DNA from: Lepidodermella squamata | Taxonomy: Eukaryota; Animalia; Gastrotricha | Reading direction: 5' to 3' | Assembly: GCA_047495785.1 (NCBI GenBank) | Contig: JBLDXI010000048.1 | Location: forward strand, 1,054,001 to 1,118,000 | Length of the DNA stretch: 64,000 nt | Shown: in pieces, positions 24,948-36,554 of the stretch | Layout: every line of letters begins with the position of its first letter | Numbering within the stretch: the first letter of the stretch is position 1 | Notes under the pieces: generated by a model | What the model saw: the letters and a program-made list of their open reading frames with translations, nothing else | Databases searched by the model: none | Told to the model about the DNA's origin: nothing | Position numbers and translations under genes: made by a program

Positions 24948-25248
24948 TCTTAGGCGTCTATGCTATTATATGTTTTCATTTTCTCTCCCAACAAATTCCA
25001 ATACGTGATCAGAATTACGAGAGCTATGGAGCCCTAGTCAAAAGCACCAGGTTGCATTAAAAAGTCCGAAAGCGTAATTTGGATTTAATTTAAATATCCC
25101 AGATGATATCCATTAGGGTGATTACGAGTCAAAGTGATTGCCTTGAAGTTTACGTACCTAATTGCAAAGATGGATATAATTTATTGCACCTAGAGATTGC
25201 TGATATATATATAACAGATTCTTTCGCCATCAGTGCACATTTAAAACC

Positions 25249-28019
25249 ATGACGGTGATTTTGTCTTTTTTCCTAATTCTAGCTTTCCAGCTACAACTTT
25301 GTAGCCCACAAGCTCAGGCAGGTAAGCTGAATGCACGCTCACCTAGGCCGACTTTCATCGCGCCGCCATACTCATCTCCTCGCAAGACTCAAATACGGAT
25401 TTTCACATCGGTCAACTACCGTATGTCCCTATTCTAATAATTTCCCTGAACTGAATGCACCATTTCCTTAGTGAGCCCAACACCTTACGCTTTGGGGCCA
25501 ATTAGCACTGAGCCTGCGCGAATCGCAGTCGAAGCGATTGCAAACTCGACGATTCTAAGTGACTATGAGTTCGCAGTGGAGGTATTCGACGATCTGGTAA
25601 AAAAAATTAGCTTCTTTCAAATAAAAATTTGAAATTGATAAGAACCTTTTCTCAGTGCTTGCGGCAGGGATTCCGAAATCTTGTTGATTATTTCCACGAA
25701 GATCCCAAGCCTGGTGTCTTTCGTGTGCCAATTATTGCCGGTCCATTATGCCCAGTTCAGTCTCAGGTCGGTCGGCTGTTACATCACTACAACTACGCCG
25801 GTGTAAGAGTTTTTCGTTGAGTATTACCGAGTTATGTTCAAATTCTGAAAATAGGTTGCGGTCTCCACTATAGTCCCGGAGATTTCCCTCGACCGACGAA
25901 TGTATCCGTCGCTCTACATGATGGCGTCATCTTTCCTCACGTTTTACGTTGCGCTGCCTCCGCTACTTCAGTACTACGGATGGAACAAAATTTATCTCTT
26001 CACAGAATCAGTTGGCTACAGTGTTATTGTAAGTATTCAAACTTGGATTTCATCACCATCGTTGCGTTACTTTTCAGCAAGACAACATATTGCTCTTCAA
26101 CATGAGGAAGCTCAACATGACCGTTGAAGGAACAGTCAAGTTGAACTTCCCAATCGGAGTTCCGCCTTCCGAAGCAGACATAGGGGAGACAGTGAAAGAA
26201 TTTAGCACTCTCTACCCTCGGATCATCATCCTCAACACAAATTGGGTCGTTCAGGTTTCTTGTTGGCTTCATCGCTACGGAATCGTCGGTCCTGATTTCG
26301 CATTCATGATTCCTGGCCAATCAATATACACACCAGGCGATCTTTCAAAATATCCATGGTGCACTGAAACTATGCTATACGAAATGCTGAAAAGCACATT
26401 TGTCTTCACATTCAACATGAAAGTCAACAATTTAGCTGACATGATGTCGCCGACCACACTTGGCACGACGCCAATGCTATTTGAGAGCCTATTGGAGGAA
26501 CGGGTTGAGCAACCGAAACTATACTCGTCGTACTGGTATTGGCGAGGGGGGAATTATGATCACATCGCAGCCGCTGCTATAGCACTCGATGAAGTTGATA
26601 AAGAGCTGAGGAAAAGTAAGTCTTTGAATCCTTCTTGCCATAATGGAATCGTGTTTCATTCAGGGAATGAGACTCTTCTCGATTGGACTGTTGAAAAGGA
26701 AAAATTTCGAAGCAATGGTAGCGTCATTAATCAAATGCTTAAAAGGGCCTTAGAAGGTCTAGTATTCTCTGGATTTACCTCAGAGACTAACGCGTCGATG
26801 AATTCACAAAGAGGAATGACAGCCCTCTACCAAATCGTCGAACCTCCTCGCCAGATAAGCACGAAACTGTACACCCAACAAAATCTTGTTTTGATGTTCG
26901 ATGAAACTCAACCAAACGCGAAAGTTATACCTAATTCCATCAAGCCCATATGGAAAACACGGGACGGTTTGCCACCATCGGATGTTCTAAGAATTTTTCA
27001 AGTAAAAACTGAACTAATCCCAAAAAATTGGACAATTGCTTTATTAGGTCAGTTTTCTCAATATAGAAAATAGTTTGCCAAATTTGTTTTTTCATAGTTA
27101 TTGCCTGTATTCTTGGATTGGCGAATGTTCTCATTGTGACCCTGATGTTTCTGAGGTACAAAAGAATTGTCAACAGAACAATGCCGGTCAATAACATGTT
27201 GATATGCACGGGTAACGTCCTGAGCATTTGTTTCATTCTCATCATGCCGAGTGATGGTAGCCAATCTTCGAACGCAAATTGTATGGCATCCAGCCTGCTC
27301 CTTGTTGCTGGATTCAGTACTATACTAAGCGCATTGCTAAGCAAGCTCCAAGCCGGGCTGAGGATTCGACCTCCTGCTTCTGTCCAAAATCTCCCTCCTG
27401 TCGATACAGGACATTCAGCATCAGTGAGATCTCTCGCGCCCGCCCAGCCCGATGAGCGGAGAACGCGAAAGTTGAATAGAATCTATCGAAAGTCACTTTT
27501 TGTCGCCGTCATTCCTCCCCTTGTGTTGATAGCAGTTGTGGCAACGTGGTTCGGCTTAGCACCTCTTGAAATCGTCGTTTTGCGCTCGCCGCTCGAATAC
27601 TCGACTATTCAAAGCAGTGTGGCATTCGCACCGTACACCTACGCATGCTCGGTAAATCGCCAAATGGACGTCAATATAGGCTTTATCGCAGTTATAAGTT
27701 GTTTATTCACCGTAATGGCTCTTCGAATAGCCTTCCTGTCGTTCATCCTTAAAAACGTAGGTGTTTACATTAGGAAAATTATTGAAATTAAAAGCTTTTT
27801 CAGAAACGACCGGCTGAGATCGCAGACCTGCCGCTGATCCGCATTGCGAGTTTCGGTATCATAGGTGTGACGATAGCAGGCTTTGCCGTAATGACGGCTT
27901 TCTATCGCTTCGATACTCAGCAGACATTCTGTTCAATTTCCGTCATTATGTTGATCAACATCTCCCTGAGCACTTTCATTCCGTTCGCAACGCGTCTGAA
28001 ACAAATTTGGAGTAGCTAG
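25249..28019 (+). CDS. Class C GPCR, GABA-B-receptor-like, paralogue of 14994-17742 (multi-exon)
   Basis: Shared blocks with the first receptor (KPGVFRVP, GRLLHHYNYAG, YWYWRG, NETLLDWTVEKEKF, DGLPPSDVLRIF, PLEYST.QSSVA). Last exon ends FIPFATRLKQIWSS* (TAG 28017-28019). Confidence 0.88.
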
Positions 28020-28527
28020 GAATGAGTACTCGAAAAGTAATCGAAGCTGAAAATAGTGACAAGAATTTAATTCAGCTCTGTTTTGTACATGAGGGTTTCA
28101 CTCAAGAAAGAGAAATGTTTGAAACGGAGCGTTATAATTGTTGTGTCACTTTACTTATAAGTATCACTTAGCTCATCTATCAGTAAATCAGTAATCAGAC
28201 AATTTATATTTTTCGTTGCGATGTAACTCTGATTGTCGACAGGAAACAAGAGTCCGTTTTTTTACCAAAATTTGCTCTCAGAATATATTTCTTGCAAACA
28301 AAAAACAAACTCAGCAAAAGAAAAAACCTTTTTGGCCCAGACATGTCGTGTCGGAACTGCGTTTTAATGTACGTCAAGGGTTGCGCGATCGAGTTCGATA
28401 ACAAGTGCTGAATTATTATGTATTATGAATAATTAATGTAACCTTCAGCGTCAGAAGTAAAAGCTAACAATGCGCATGATGGTTCATATTTGAATTTTCC
28501 TTTCTGGGTGATAGTTCTAGAAAACAT

Positions 28528-31316
28528 ATGAAGTCCATACTCCTTGTGTTCACAGTTGCGATACGGACGCAGCTTTGCTTCAGCCAAAATGCCTCTGCGG
28601 TGCCAGATTTGGTTGGCATGCCTTTGCCGTATCAATACGTTGGAGCGGTCCACTACCAGTCGGTTTCATCGTTCGACTACACGAACAGTTCAGTTGAATC
28701 TGCCCCCATATCTGAATTAAACGTGCAAATGTCGGCGCAGTATGTTACGAATACTGGATTTCGACTAGCCCAGAGAAACCTAGTTACTCAAGGCATGGTC
28801 GGCCCACTCATTGTAAGATTAAAAAATAACCCTGACTGAAATCAGATGATTAAATGATTTTAGGCCTGGGATTACGGCTTCCTAAATTTTCGACTTGAGG
28901 TCGATTTGCAAACTGCTTACCCAACGAGTGGTAGTTTCGCTTCAATAGGACTTCTATTTGGTGGAAGTGGCACTCCTTATCTAGGTAATTCAAGCAGTTC
29001 AAGCTTCATAACAACTCATGTTTTATATCGCCAATAGAATTCACCACGTTTAACTTCGGCCCAGATCCAGATGCATTCAGCGGTTTTGATGGGATGCTAC
29101 TTAACCTTGAGTTAAAGCCGAGTGGAAAGATGTACTCGACATACTACCCGAATGTCGTCACTGCTAAAACGGTGTTCCCTGGTCGGAAAGACAATACATC
29201 CGCAAACGCTTGTGGGAGTACTACAATGCTGACCAATATTGGCAGCTCAGATTTCCGATTGATCATCCAAGCAGCAAATGATAATGTTTCGATTGGAATC
29301 GCTTCGTTAACCGCCAATAGCACGTCTAGGGAGATGTGCACGTGTTTTTCAGACCTTCCCATGCCAGGCATTGGCTCCATGTCTGCCTATGATACATCGC
29401 CAGCTTTTCAGATTTTTGCGTATAATGGAACTTATGGAGATGTATTCGTCAAGCGGGCTGTTTTCTTTGGTTTGAACTCAACTGGTTCAGGTTCAGGTCT
29501 AGCGATTCCACCTGCGGGGTCTTGTACCAACATGGTGACTACAACAACGCCGGGTCCAACCACTACGACTGCTACAACGAGTTCGACGACAACCTCTCCG
29601 CCATCAACAACTACCACCACTTCTACTACTACTACCGGTACGCCAACCTCGACAAGTACAACTACTCCGTCAACTTCGACTACGACTACAACCGTTCCGA
29701 CCACGACAAGAGCTTCTACAACTACAACCGTTCCAACAACGACCGCCGCTTCTACGACAGCACCTCCTTCAACTTCGACCTCTAGCACTACTACTACTAC
29801 TACCACCCGATCAACTTCAATTTCTAGCACTTCAACATCGCCATCATCAACTTCGATCACCCCTACCTTAACTAGCTCCACAACTGCTAGCTCTCCGAGC
29901 ACGAGCAGTACTACAACAACGAGACTGACCTCTACACGAATGTCAACCGCGTCGAATCAGTCCACAACAACTACTTCAGGCCCGACAACAACCACAGTTA
30001 CGATACCAAGAGTAACCGCTTCTGGTCTGTCGGATTTAGCTAAAATCTCCACGGACACCTTGGTCGAAGGCGATAAATATCTCGCTAATTTCGCCCCGCC
30101 TACGATCCCTCTCTCTACAACCCTGTGGACAGCTTGCTCAACGACATGCAGCATCGGAGTTCAGTGGAAGTTGACGGAAAGTGGAACGAAAGAGTACCAG
30201 CAATGTACGAATCCGACTCGCTGTGAAAGTTCAAGTGAAGAGCAGGCAAAAGGAGTAGATCTGCTTTACTCTCCTGTCCCGACAATCGATGGCCACTTCA
30301 AAAATCGTCGAATCATCAAAAATAACATGGCTAAGCGGATTAATTCAATTTGCGCTGCAAATTATACCAGATGTTGCCCTGGTTACGTCAAAAGCAAGAC
30401 TCCGAAAGTGAATTACACGACTGCTGACGAAATAATCGACTCAAACTTTGCTGATACATCGAAAAAGGAGAATGGCTGTTGCTTTAGGACAACGTACGTT
30501 CTCAGCTCAGCTACCACGAAACGATTCTGCGAGGCTGGAGGGGTTTTGGCGAACACCCAGCGGCGAAAACGGGCTGCTACTGATCCTTCATCAATGTCAC
30601 AAAATGATATGTGGAGTGAATTCGGCGGGTCTGATTTTCTATCTATGATGCTTTCGGAAATAGGCAGTAAATTAGACTTTACGACTTGCCTTCCCACGGT
30701 TAATCCTTGCACTGGCGAGGACAAAACGACCCCGACCCCAGATGGCAGCGGAGTGCCCGCGAAGAACTCGACTTCAGTAACGTTTAATGATGTCACTGGA
30801 ATCATTGCCGGCTGTACTGTTGGCGGGGTTGTCTTTATAACGCTGTGCATTATCGCTGGTTACGTTTACTACGCATGGAAAAAGTCGAAAAATGGAAACA
30901 AAGTGGAGGAAGCTCCGCCTCCTCAGCCCGAGCCGGAAGAGGAATCTCGTAGGAAGACTTCTGCTGTTGGTGAATCGCTCAGTAAATGGAACGGAGGTGG
31001 GAAGAATCCCTACTTTGAGCAAGCCATGCAGAACGCTACGATGTTGGCAAAACCCATCGCCCAGCAGCAAATTATGATGAATAAGGCCAAGTTTCAACCT
31101 CCACTTGTAGGCGGTCTGCCAGCGGTGCCGGAAAATGAGCCGACGCTGCAGTCTATGCCACCAAACCAGGCTCCGATAGGATTCGCTCGTAGAGTTGGGG
31201 AGCAGCCTCCTCTTGGAGCTCAACCAGCTTTACGAGTCCCAGTTGCTCTTCCCGCTGGAAGAAGCCAGGCGAGGGGTTTCAAAGCCACTACACAGTATCA
31301 GCAGAACCGGTTCTAA
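28528..31316 (+). CDS. Type I membrane protein with mucin-like Thr/Ser stalk and TSP1-like module (~894 aa)
   Basis: Exons 28528-28812, 28864-28984 and 29038-31316 are in frame. Signal peptide, globular N-domain, ~170-aa T/S tract, WTACSTTCSIG, furin-like RRKR, TM helix IIAGCTVGGVVFITLCIIAGYVYYAW, and a Pro-rich tail with NPYF. Confidence 0.85.
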
Positions 31317-31673
31317 TACCCGGGGAAACCGGTGAACATGACAACACATATTCAAATATTGTTGGCTTTCTTAAGATCGTTGTAAACATATTGTCAACCC
31401 CTGATAGATGTTACTTTTCAGTTGTCTTACTTTGCCAATTTGCTAATCATCTTAGTTAAGAGTAAAATGTGATCGTTTGAAGATCTTTTATGGCGTGTCC
31501 ATCCGGTTGTCGAATTTGGAAGTGTTTGGTTTTAACCTAATTTTTGTGCTACTTTTTCGAGTTCATTCGTATACTGATAAGAATTAGGAAAGTTTACTTA
31601 TCAGCAAGAAAAGGCCCTACTACTGTTATAATTATTTCAGAAGATATCAGAAGTAGGTATCATTTTTTTGTGC

Positions 31674-32951
31674 ATGAACATGTTACGAACTGAATCTTTA
31701 ATTGTGGTTCTCGCTGTTTTCGCCTTGGTTGGGGCAAACGAACAAAGCACAGCTATTAGCTGGCCCGAGTATGGCGGTGGTAACCACCATACAGGTTATA
31801 AAAGGGAACAACTTGATGGAGCTGTTACCGGCTTCAAATCAGTGTGGAACTTCACAGCCTCTGGTCAACTCAACTTGCCGGTGGCTCACGAAGGTATCGT
31901 TTATACTTCTACGATATTCGGCGTAGTTTACGCAATTGATGAGGTTAACGGGCGGCTCCTAAATGTCTGGAACCTAGGCCCAAAAATAGCAACTGGCGCC
32001 GTGACAGTCGGTCGGGCGAAAGATAAGTTAGTCTATGTTGTCGCTGATGGAGCGGTTTATGCATTAGATGCAAAAAATCTTCGGCCGATTTGGACGACAG
32101 TTCTCAGCCCGGACTGGCAGCAATACAGCTCGCCTTCGTGTTTCCTAGGAGTAGGAGTATCGAAACTTCGCGCAGAGATCTATGTTCCATATGGGAACAA
32201 CATTACAACGCTGAACTCGTTAACTGGGGCTAAGATCAGAGAAATAACACTGTCGAACACAACCAAGTACGACGGATCGTTGCCTAACTGGGTTCCAACG
32301 ATATATTCCGATCGTTTCAATCAGGAGAAGGTTTATTTCCTCTATGGAACCCCGGATATTGTCGCCGCTTCAGTGATAGGTGTCGGGGAATGGCTCCCCA
32401 GAACGAACAAAATCGAATGGTCGAAGAACTATTCGACATCCTTCCTTCAACCCCAATTCGCTGCGATTCGAACAGGAAACTTGCTCTTGGCGATAGAAGG
32501 AGCTTCCAAGTCCTCTTTTTTAATCGCGTACGACTTGCTGAAAAACCAATCTGTCACTTGGACTTCTGACAACGCTGCAAATCCAAATTTCGGAACTTTT
32601 GAGCTTACCCCAGCAGCAGATGGCGAGCGAATCTATCGAGCAACCCCAGGCGCTGTTCTCATCCTTGACGTTAAAAATGGATTCACCATTGGGCAATACA
32701 CCCCATGCTCTGATTGCTACGGCCAGCCCGTTGTTACCGATGATTTGGTCATTGCTAAATCCCAAACTGCTGGTTTTTACGTGTTTGACAAGAAGTCGAA
32801 GAAGTTGATTTCGAATGTTTTCCAAACTGGCGGCTACAGCGTCAGAGGCATTGCATATGGTAACGGGTTGCTTATCGGTACAGCAAACAGCCAATTTGGC
32901 AACTATACTATATTCGCATACAGAGCTGTTACAAATCCTACCCAGTTGTAA
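31674..32951 (+). CDS. Secreted PQQ-like (BamB-type) beta-propeller repeat protein 1, intronless
   Basis: Signal peptide, WPEYGGGNHHTG, and repeated P....G.VY......VYAID..NG...W blades (VYALDAK...IW, LIAYDL...TW, VLILDVKNG). Confidence 0.85.
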   Translation: MNMLRTESLIVVLAVFALVGANEQSTAISWPEYGGGNHHTGYKREQLDGAVTGFKSVWNFTASGQLNLPVAHEGIVYTSTIFGVVYAIDEVNGRLLNVWNLGPKIATGAVTVGRAKDKLVYVVADGAVYALDAKNLRPIWTTVLSPDWQQYSSPSCFLGVGVSKLRAEIYVPYGNNITTLNSLTGAKIREITLSNTTKYDGSLPNWVPTIYSDRFNQEKVYFLYGTPDIVAASVIGVGEWLPRTNKIEWSKNYSTSFLQPQFAAIRTGNLLLAIEGASKSSFLIAYDLLKNQSVTWTSDNAANPNFGTFELTPAADGERIYRATPGAVLILDVKNGFTIGQYTPCSDCYGQPVVTDDLVIAKSQTAGFYVFDKKSKKLISNVFQTGGYSVRGIAYGNGLLIGTANSQFGNYTIFAYRAVTNPTQL

Positions 32952-33215
32952 ACTGAAATATTATGAAATTCTTGTCACGATTTCAATTGATTAACTAATG
33001 AAATGGAAAATGGATATAAATTTCGCAGAAACAATTCTTCCGGTGAATAAATTAAGATATCGTTGCAGCACATACTTCTTATCTTTCCGGAAAAAAACAT
33101 GAAACCCCCACAATTATCGGAAATTGGTAACTCATTAAAGCCACGCTGATAAGAAGTACGCTGAGGCTTTAAAAGGCTTTAATTGTCGTACGAAACTGTC
33201 GCTCATCTATCAAAA

Positions 33216-34469
33216 ATGAAATTTACCTCAGCTCTAATTAGCTTTGTTTTCTTCGGATATGCAAGCGCCAGTCTAAGTTGGCCGGAGTACGGAGGCAGTG
33301 CTTCCCACTCCGGCTACAAACACGAAGCGATCGGGCCGGAATTAATTGGTTTCAAGTCGATCTGGAACGCTACTGCATCTGATTCCCTCTCGAGCCCGGT
33401 TGCCGAGAATGGTATTGTCTACGCCTCAACCCGAACTGGCGTAGTTTACGCCATTGAGGAGAAAACGGGAAAACTGTTGAATCAATGGAATCTTGGACCC
33501 AAGCAGTCAACTGGCGCGCCAACTGTCGGCAAGAGTTCCGATAAATTGGTCTACATTGTCGCGGACGGATCTGCATTCGCGCTGGATGCGAAAACTCTTC
33601 GAGTGAAATGGTCGAAAGTCATTGATACAAAGTGGCAATCTTACAGCTCTCCGTCTCCAGCTCTGCTAGGCGTTGGGGTATCTCAGTTTGAAAAGGAAGT
33701 CTATGTGCCCTACGGAAATTCTATTGTCAAACTGAATTCGAAGAATGGCAATATAACTGGTGAGATCAAGTTTCTAAATTCGACTTCTTATGATGGCCAA
33801 CTGCCAGCATGGGTGCCTACTACGAAAGTAGCCAACCTGCGCGAATACGTCTACTTCACTTACGGCTATTACGATCCTTTCAATCCTGGTTACAGTGCCT
33901 TGGGAGTGTTGGACACTTTTGCCAAGTCTGTGTATTGGTCACGCAATTATTCTTCTTCGTTGAATAACCAGCCGCAGTTTACAGTTATTCAAACCGGAGA
34001 TTTTCTCATTTCGGTCGGCGGGTCTCAGAAATCGTATTTGATTGCTTACGACATTTATAGCAAGAATAAAGATGTGGCATGGACCTCTGACAACGCCCCC
34101 TGCCAGCTGGAACTCACGCCAGCAACTGATGGAGTTTACCTATACCGGTCTTCCGATACCGCAGTGTTGGTCCTTGACGTGAAAACGGGTCTAAATGTCG
34201 GAAGGTACGAACCTTGTAGGGACTGCTACGGTCAGCCGATTGTGACGATGGATCTTGTGATTGCCAAGTCGCGAAATTACGGCATCTTTGTCTTCAATAA
34301 GAAAACGAGGAAGTTGATCACTCAACTGTTGAACGGCAATAACTTGTACAGCATCAAGGGGCTGGCCTACAGCGATGGATTGCTGGTTGGCACTGCTAAC
34401 AGCGTTTTCTCCAGTGACAGCAGCTTTATCTTTGCTTTTCAAGCTGTCACGAACTCAACACAGTTCTGA
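33216..34469 (+). CDS. Secreted PQQ-like (BamB-type) beta-propeller repeat protein 2, intronless tandem paralogue
   Basis: Start MKFTSAL, WPEYGGSASHSG, and the same blades. Shares PC.DCYGQP and AVTN.TQ with paralogue 1. Confidence 0.85.
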   Translation: MKFTSALISFVFFGYASASLSWPEYGGSASHSGYKHEAIGPELIGFKSIWNATASDSLSSPVAENGIVYASTRTGVVYAIEEKTGKLLNQWNLGPKQSTGAPTVGKSSDKLVYIVADGSAFALDAKTLRVKWSKVIDTKWQSYSSPSPALLGVGVSQFEKEVYVPYGNSIVKLNSKNGNITGEIKFLNSTSYDGQLPAWVPTTKVANLREYVYFTYGYYDPFNPGYSALGVLDTFAKSVYWSRNYSSSLNNQPQFTVIQTGDFLISVGGSQKSYLIAYDIYSKNKDVAWTSDNAPCQLELTPATDGVYLYRSSDTAVLVLDVKTGLNVGRYEPCRDCYGQPIVTMDLVIAKSRNYGIFVFNKKTRKLITQLLNGNNLYSIKGLAYSDGLLVGTANSVFSSDSSFIFAFQAVTNSTQF

Positions 34470-34987
34470 TTTGTTGGGAATTAATCCAGCCATGAACGTT
34501 AGCTTCGAGCTTGCTTAGTCAACAGGCATATTAAGTATATACAATTAAGCAAAGCATAAACCCCGCATGCATGATACCAATGAAGTCTCTTGAAAAAACA
34601 AATCACGGTATCTTTTGAATATGTGCCCGAATATTCGCTCAACTGACGAATTGGCGTTCGGAATGTGTTCAAAGTTGAGTCTCGAAGGAATTATTACCTT
34701 TGCGGAAGTGGTGGTGTTTGTCTGGAAAATAAGAGCCGCACCCATTTGGCGGATATGTTAAAATTCTCACTGATTTTCAGTTTTTGTAAGGCCAGGTCAA
34801 ACCTTTCAGAACGCGACGCAGTGGTGAATTGAAAAATTAATCGCAAGTGACGCTTTTTGGACTACACCGTGGATTTTTTGGGCAAATGCAGATTGTTGTT
34901 TGCGACAAATCTGTCGGCCCCTGAAACCGATCGCCTGTTGTCAGCCTATTTTTTATTTTGCGCGAGGTGCTAGTTTTGACATTTAGT

Positions 34988-35048
34988 TCGAGTCATGTGA
35001 CGTATATGCTGTCGTATATGCCGTCAGCATATACGTCACATGGTTCGA
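34988..35048. repeat. 61-nt near-perfect hairpin
   Basis: Arms TCGAGTCATGTGACGTATATGCTG and CAGCATATACGTCACATGGTTCGA: a 24-bp stem with 2 mismatches. Confidence 0.7.
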
Positions 35049-35280
35049 GTAGGTTTCTAGACAGTTTAGGTTCTGCGCAATATGGAAATTTGGTGTTGCT
35101 ATAAAGGATAAAGGATATTCTGCTACAAAAATTACGGACGGGTTCATCCGAAACTTTTTCGACTTATTTGTTCACATCGAACAGCAAAATCTAATATTAA
35201 AATCCTGCATTTTATTTTAATAATTCCCACTATTTTTGCGAAAAAATAATCTCGCTAGTCATCTAAAATCACAAATGTTC

Positions 35281-36554
35281 TTAGTTAGCAGCAACAGTGT
35301 CGCGGATGAAGTCGAGGAACGCGCTGACGCGGGTGTAGTACGCGTGCTTGGCGCACTGCGGGAAGCCGAACGAGACAATGCCGGTCAGGTAGGCCTGGCC
35401 GTGTTCAGCACGGGTCAACGGACCGCCGGAATCGCCGTTGCAGGACGACAGGCCAATATCACCAGCGCCAAACATGACCCAATCAGTCCAGGTGGATGGC
35501 TGTTGAAATAAATTAGGATTTTATTATGAGTGAAATTTCGGAGACATAGTAGACTTACCCATCCCTTTGAGGCAATCGCATCAGGGATACCGTACATATC
35601 GGCGTGTTGAAGGAGATCAGGGGTGATTTTCCTGGATATTTTATTTAGAGACTTTTTCACCAATCAAAATTAAATTAAAAAAGTTCGCATAATTTATGGG
35701 GATTTTGAAAAATTAAAATGTCAGAAAAAATGAAATTAAATATATTTAAAATTAAAAAACTATAAACAAATCAATTAAAGAAATTCCATTAAAAAGCACT
35801 CACGGTCCCGTAGGGTCTTTGGGGTCGACCATTTTGCCCCAACCCTGAAGGGTCATCAGCTTGTTATCAGTTTCCCAATCTTCGGTCGGCGGCAAGCAGG
35901 CGGTGTTGACGTAGGGCGAGGTGAAATCGAACTTGCCGTCGATTTTCATTAGAGCGATATCGTAGGCGCTGCCCTTGGTGCCATACAGATTGTGGATGAA
36001 GAATTTGGTCACCTTGTATTCCTGACGGCCGACTTCGCGGCTGTCAGACTTGTTGAAGGAACCGGCGACGATTCGAAGACGGTCGGGGCTCTTCTCGCTG
36101 GAATAAAATTTAAAAATTAGTTCATCAAAATTTAAAAATGAGATTAAATTAAGGTGAAGTTCGAGACAAAACTGGAATAATTATTCAATTATCTGATATT
36201 AATTTGAAATTTTGAAATGAAATTTTGAAAATTGAAAAATAAATTTACTCGTGATTTTTTCAAAATTTATTGTTTTATTGTATAAAATATTTCGTGATTT
36301 TTTGTTTTTTTTATGTTTAAAACTTACTCCTTAATGCAATGGGCCGCAGTTACAACCCACTGGTCGTTGATGATCGTCCCACCGCAAGCGTGGCCGCCTT
36401 TACGAAGCGAGATGATCCAAGGATAAAGGCCCTTTTTCGCCGTGGTTCCACCAATAATTCGGCTCTGTGGCACCTTCACCTTACCGCAATTCGGGTCGTT
36501 GATACCCATGGCAGCGGCAAGGCCGATAAAGCACAGAATTAGAAACGATTTCAT
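35281..36554 (-). CDS. Secreted chymotrypsin/trypsin-fold (S1A) serine protease, 270 aa
   Basis: Exons 36554-36328, 36097-35804, 35631-35559 and 35499-35281 are in frame. R|IIGG, CGG, TAAHC, YDIAL, GDSGGP, IVSFG, YTRV. TATTTAA upstream (~36609-36615). Confidence 0.93.

Noticed and set aside
29432-29902. Val-rich 156-aa minus-strand ORF
   Set aside because: Antisense shadow of the Thr/Ser mucin tract (ACN codons read as GTN-rich on the other strand).
31674-34469. Bacterial contamination as the explanation for the intronless prokaryote-like genes
   Set aside because: They are contiguous with intron-containing animal genes, have similar base composition, show no operon or Shine-Dalgarno layout, and carry eukaryotic secretion features. 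Long-read confirmation is still desirable.
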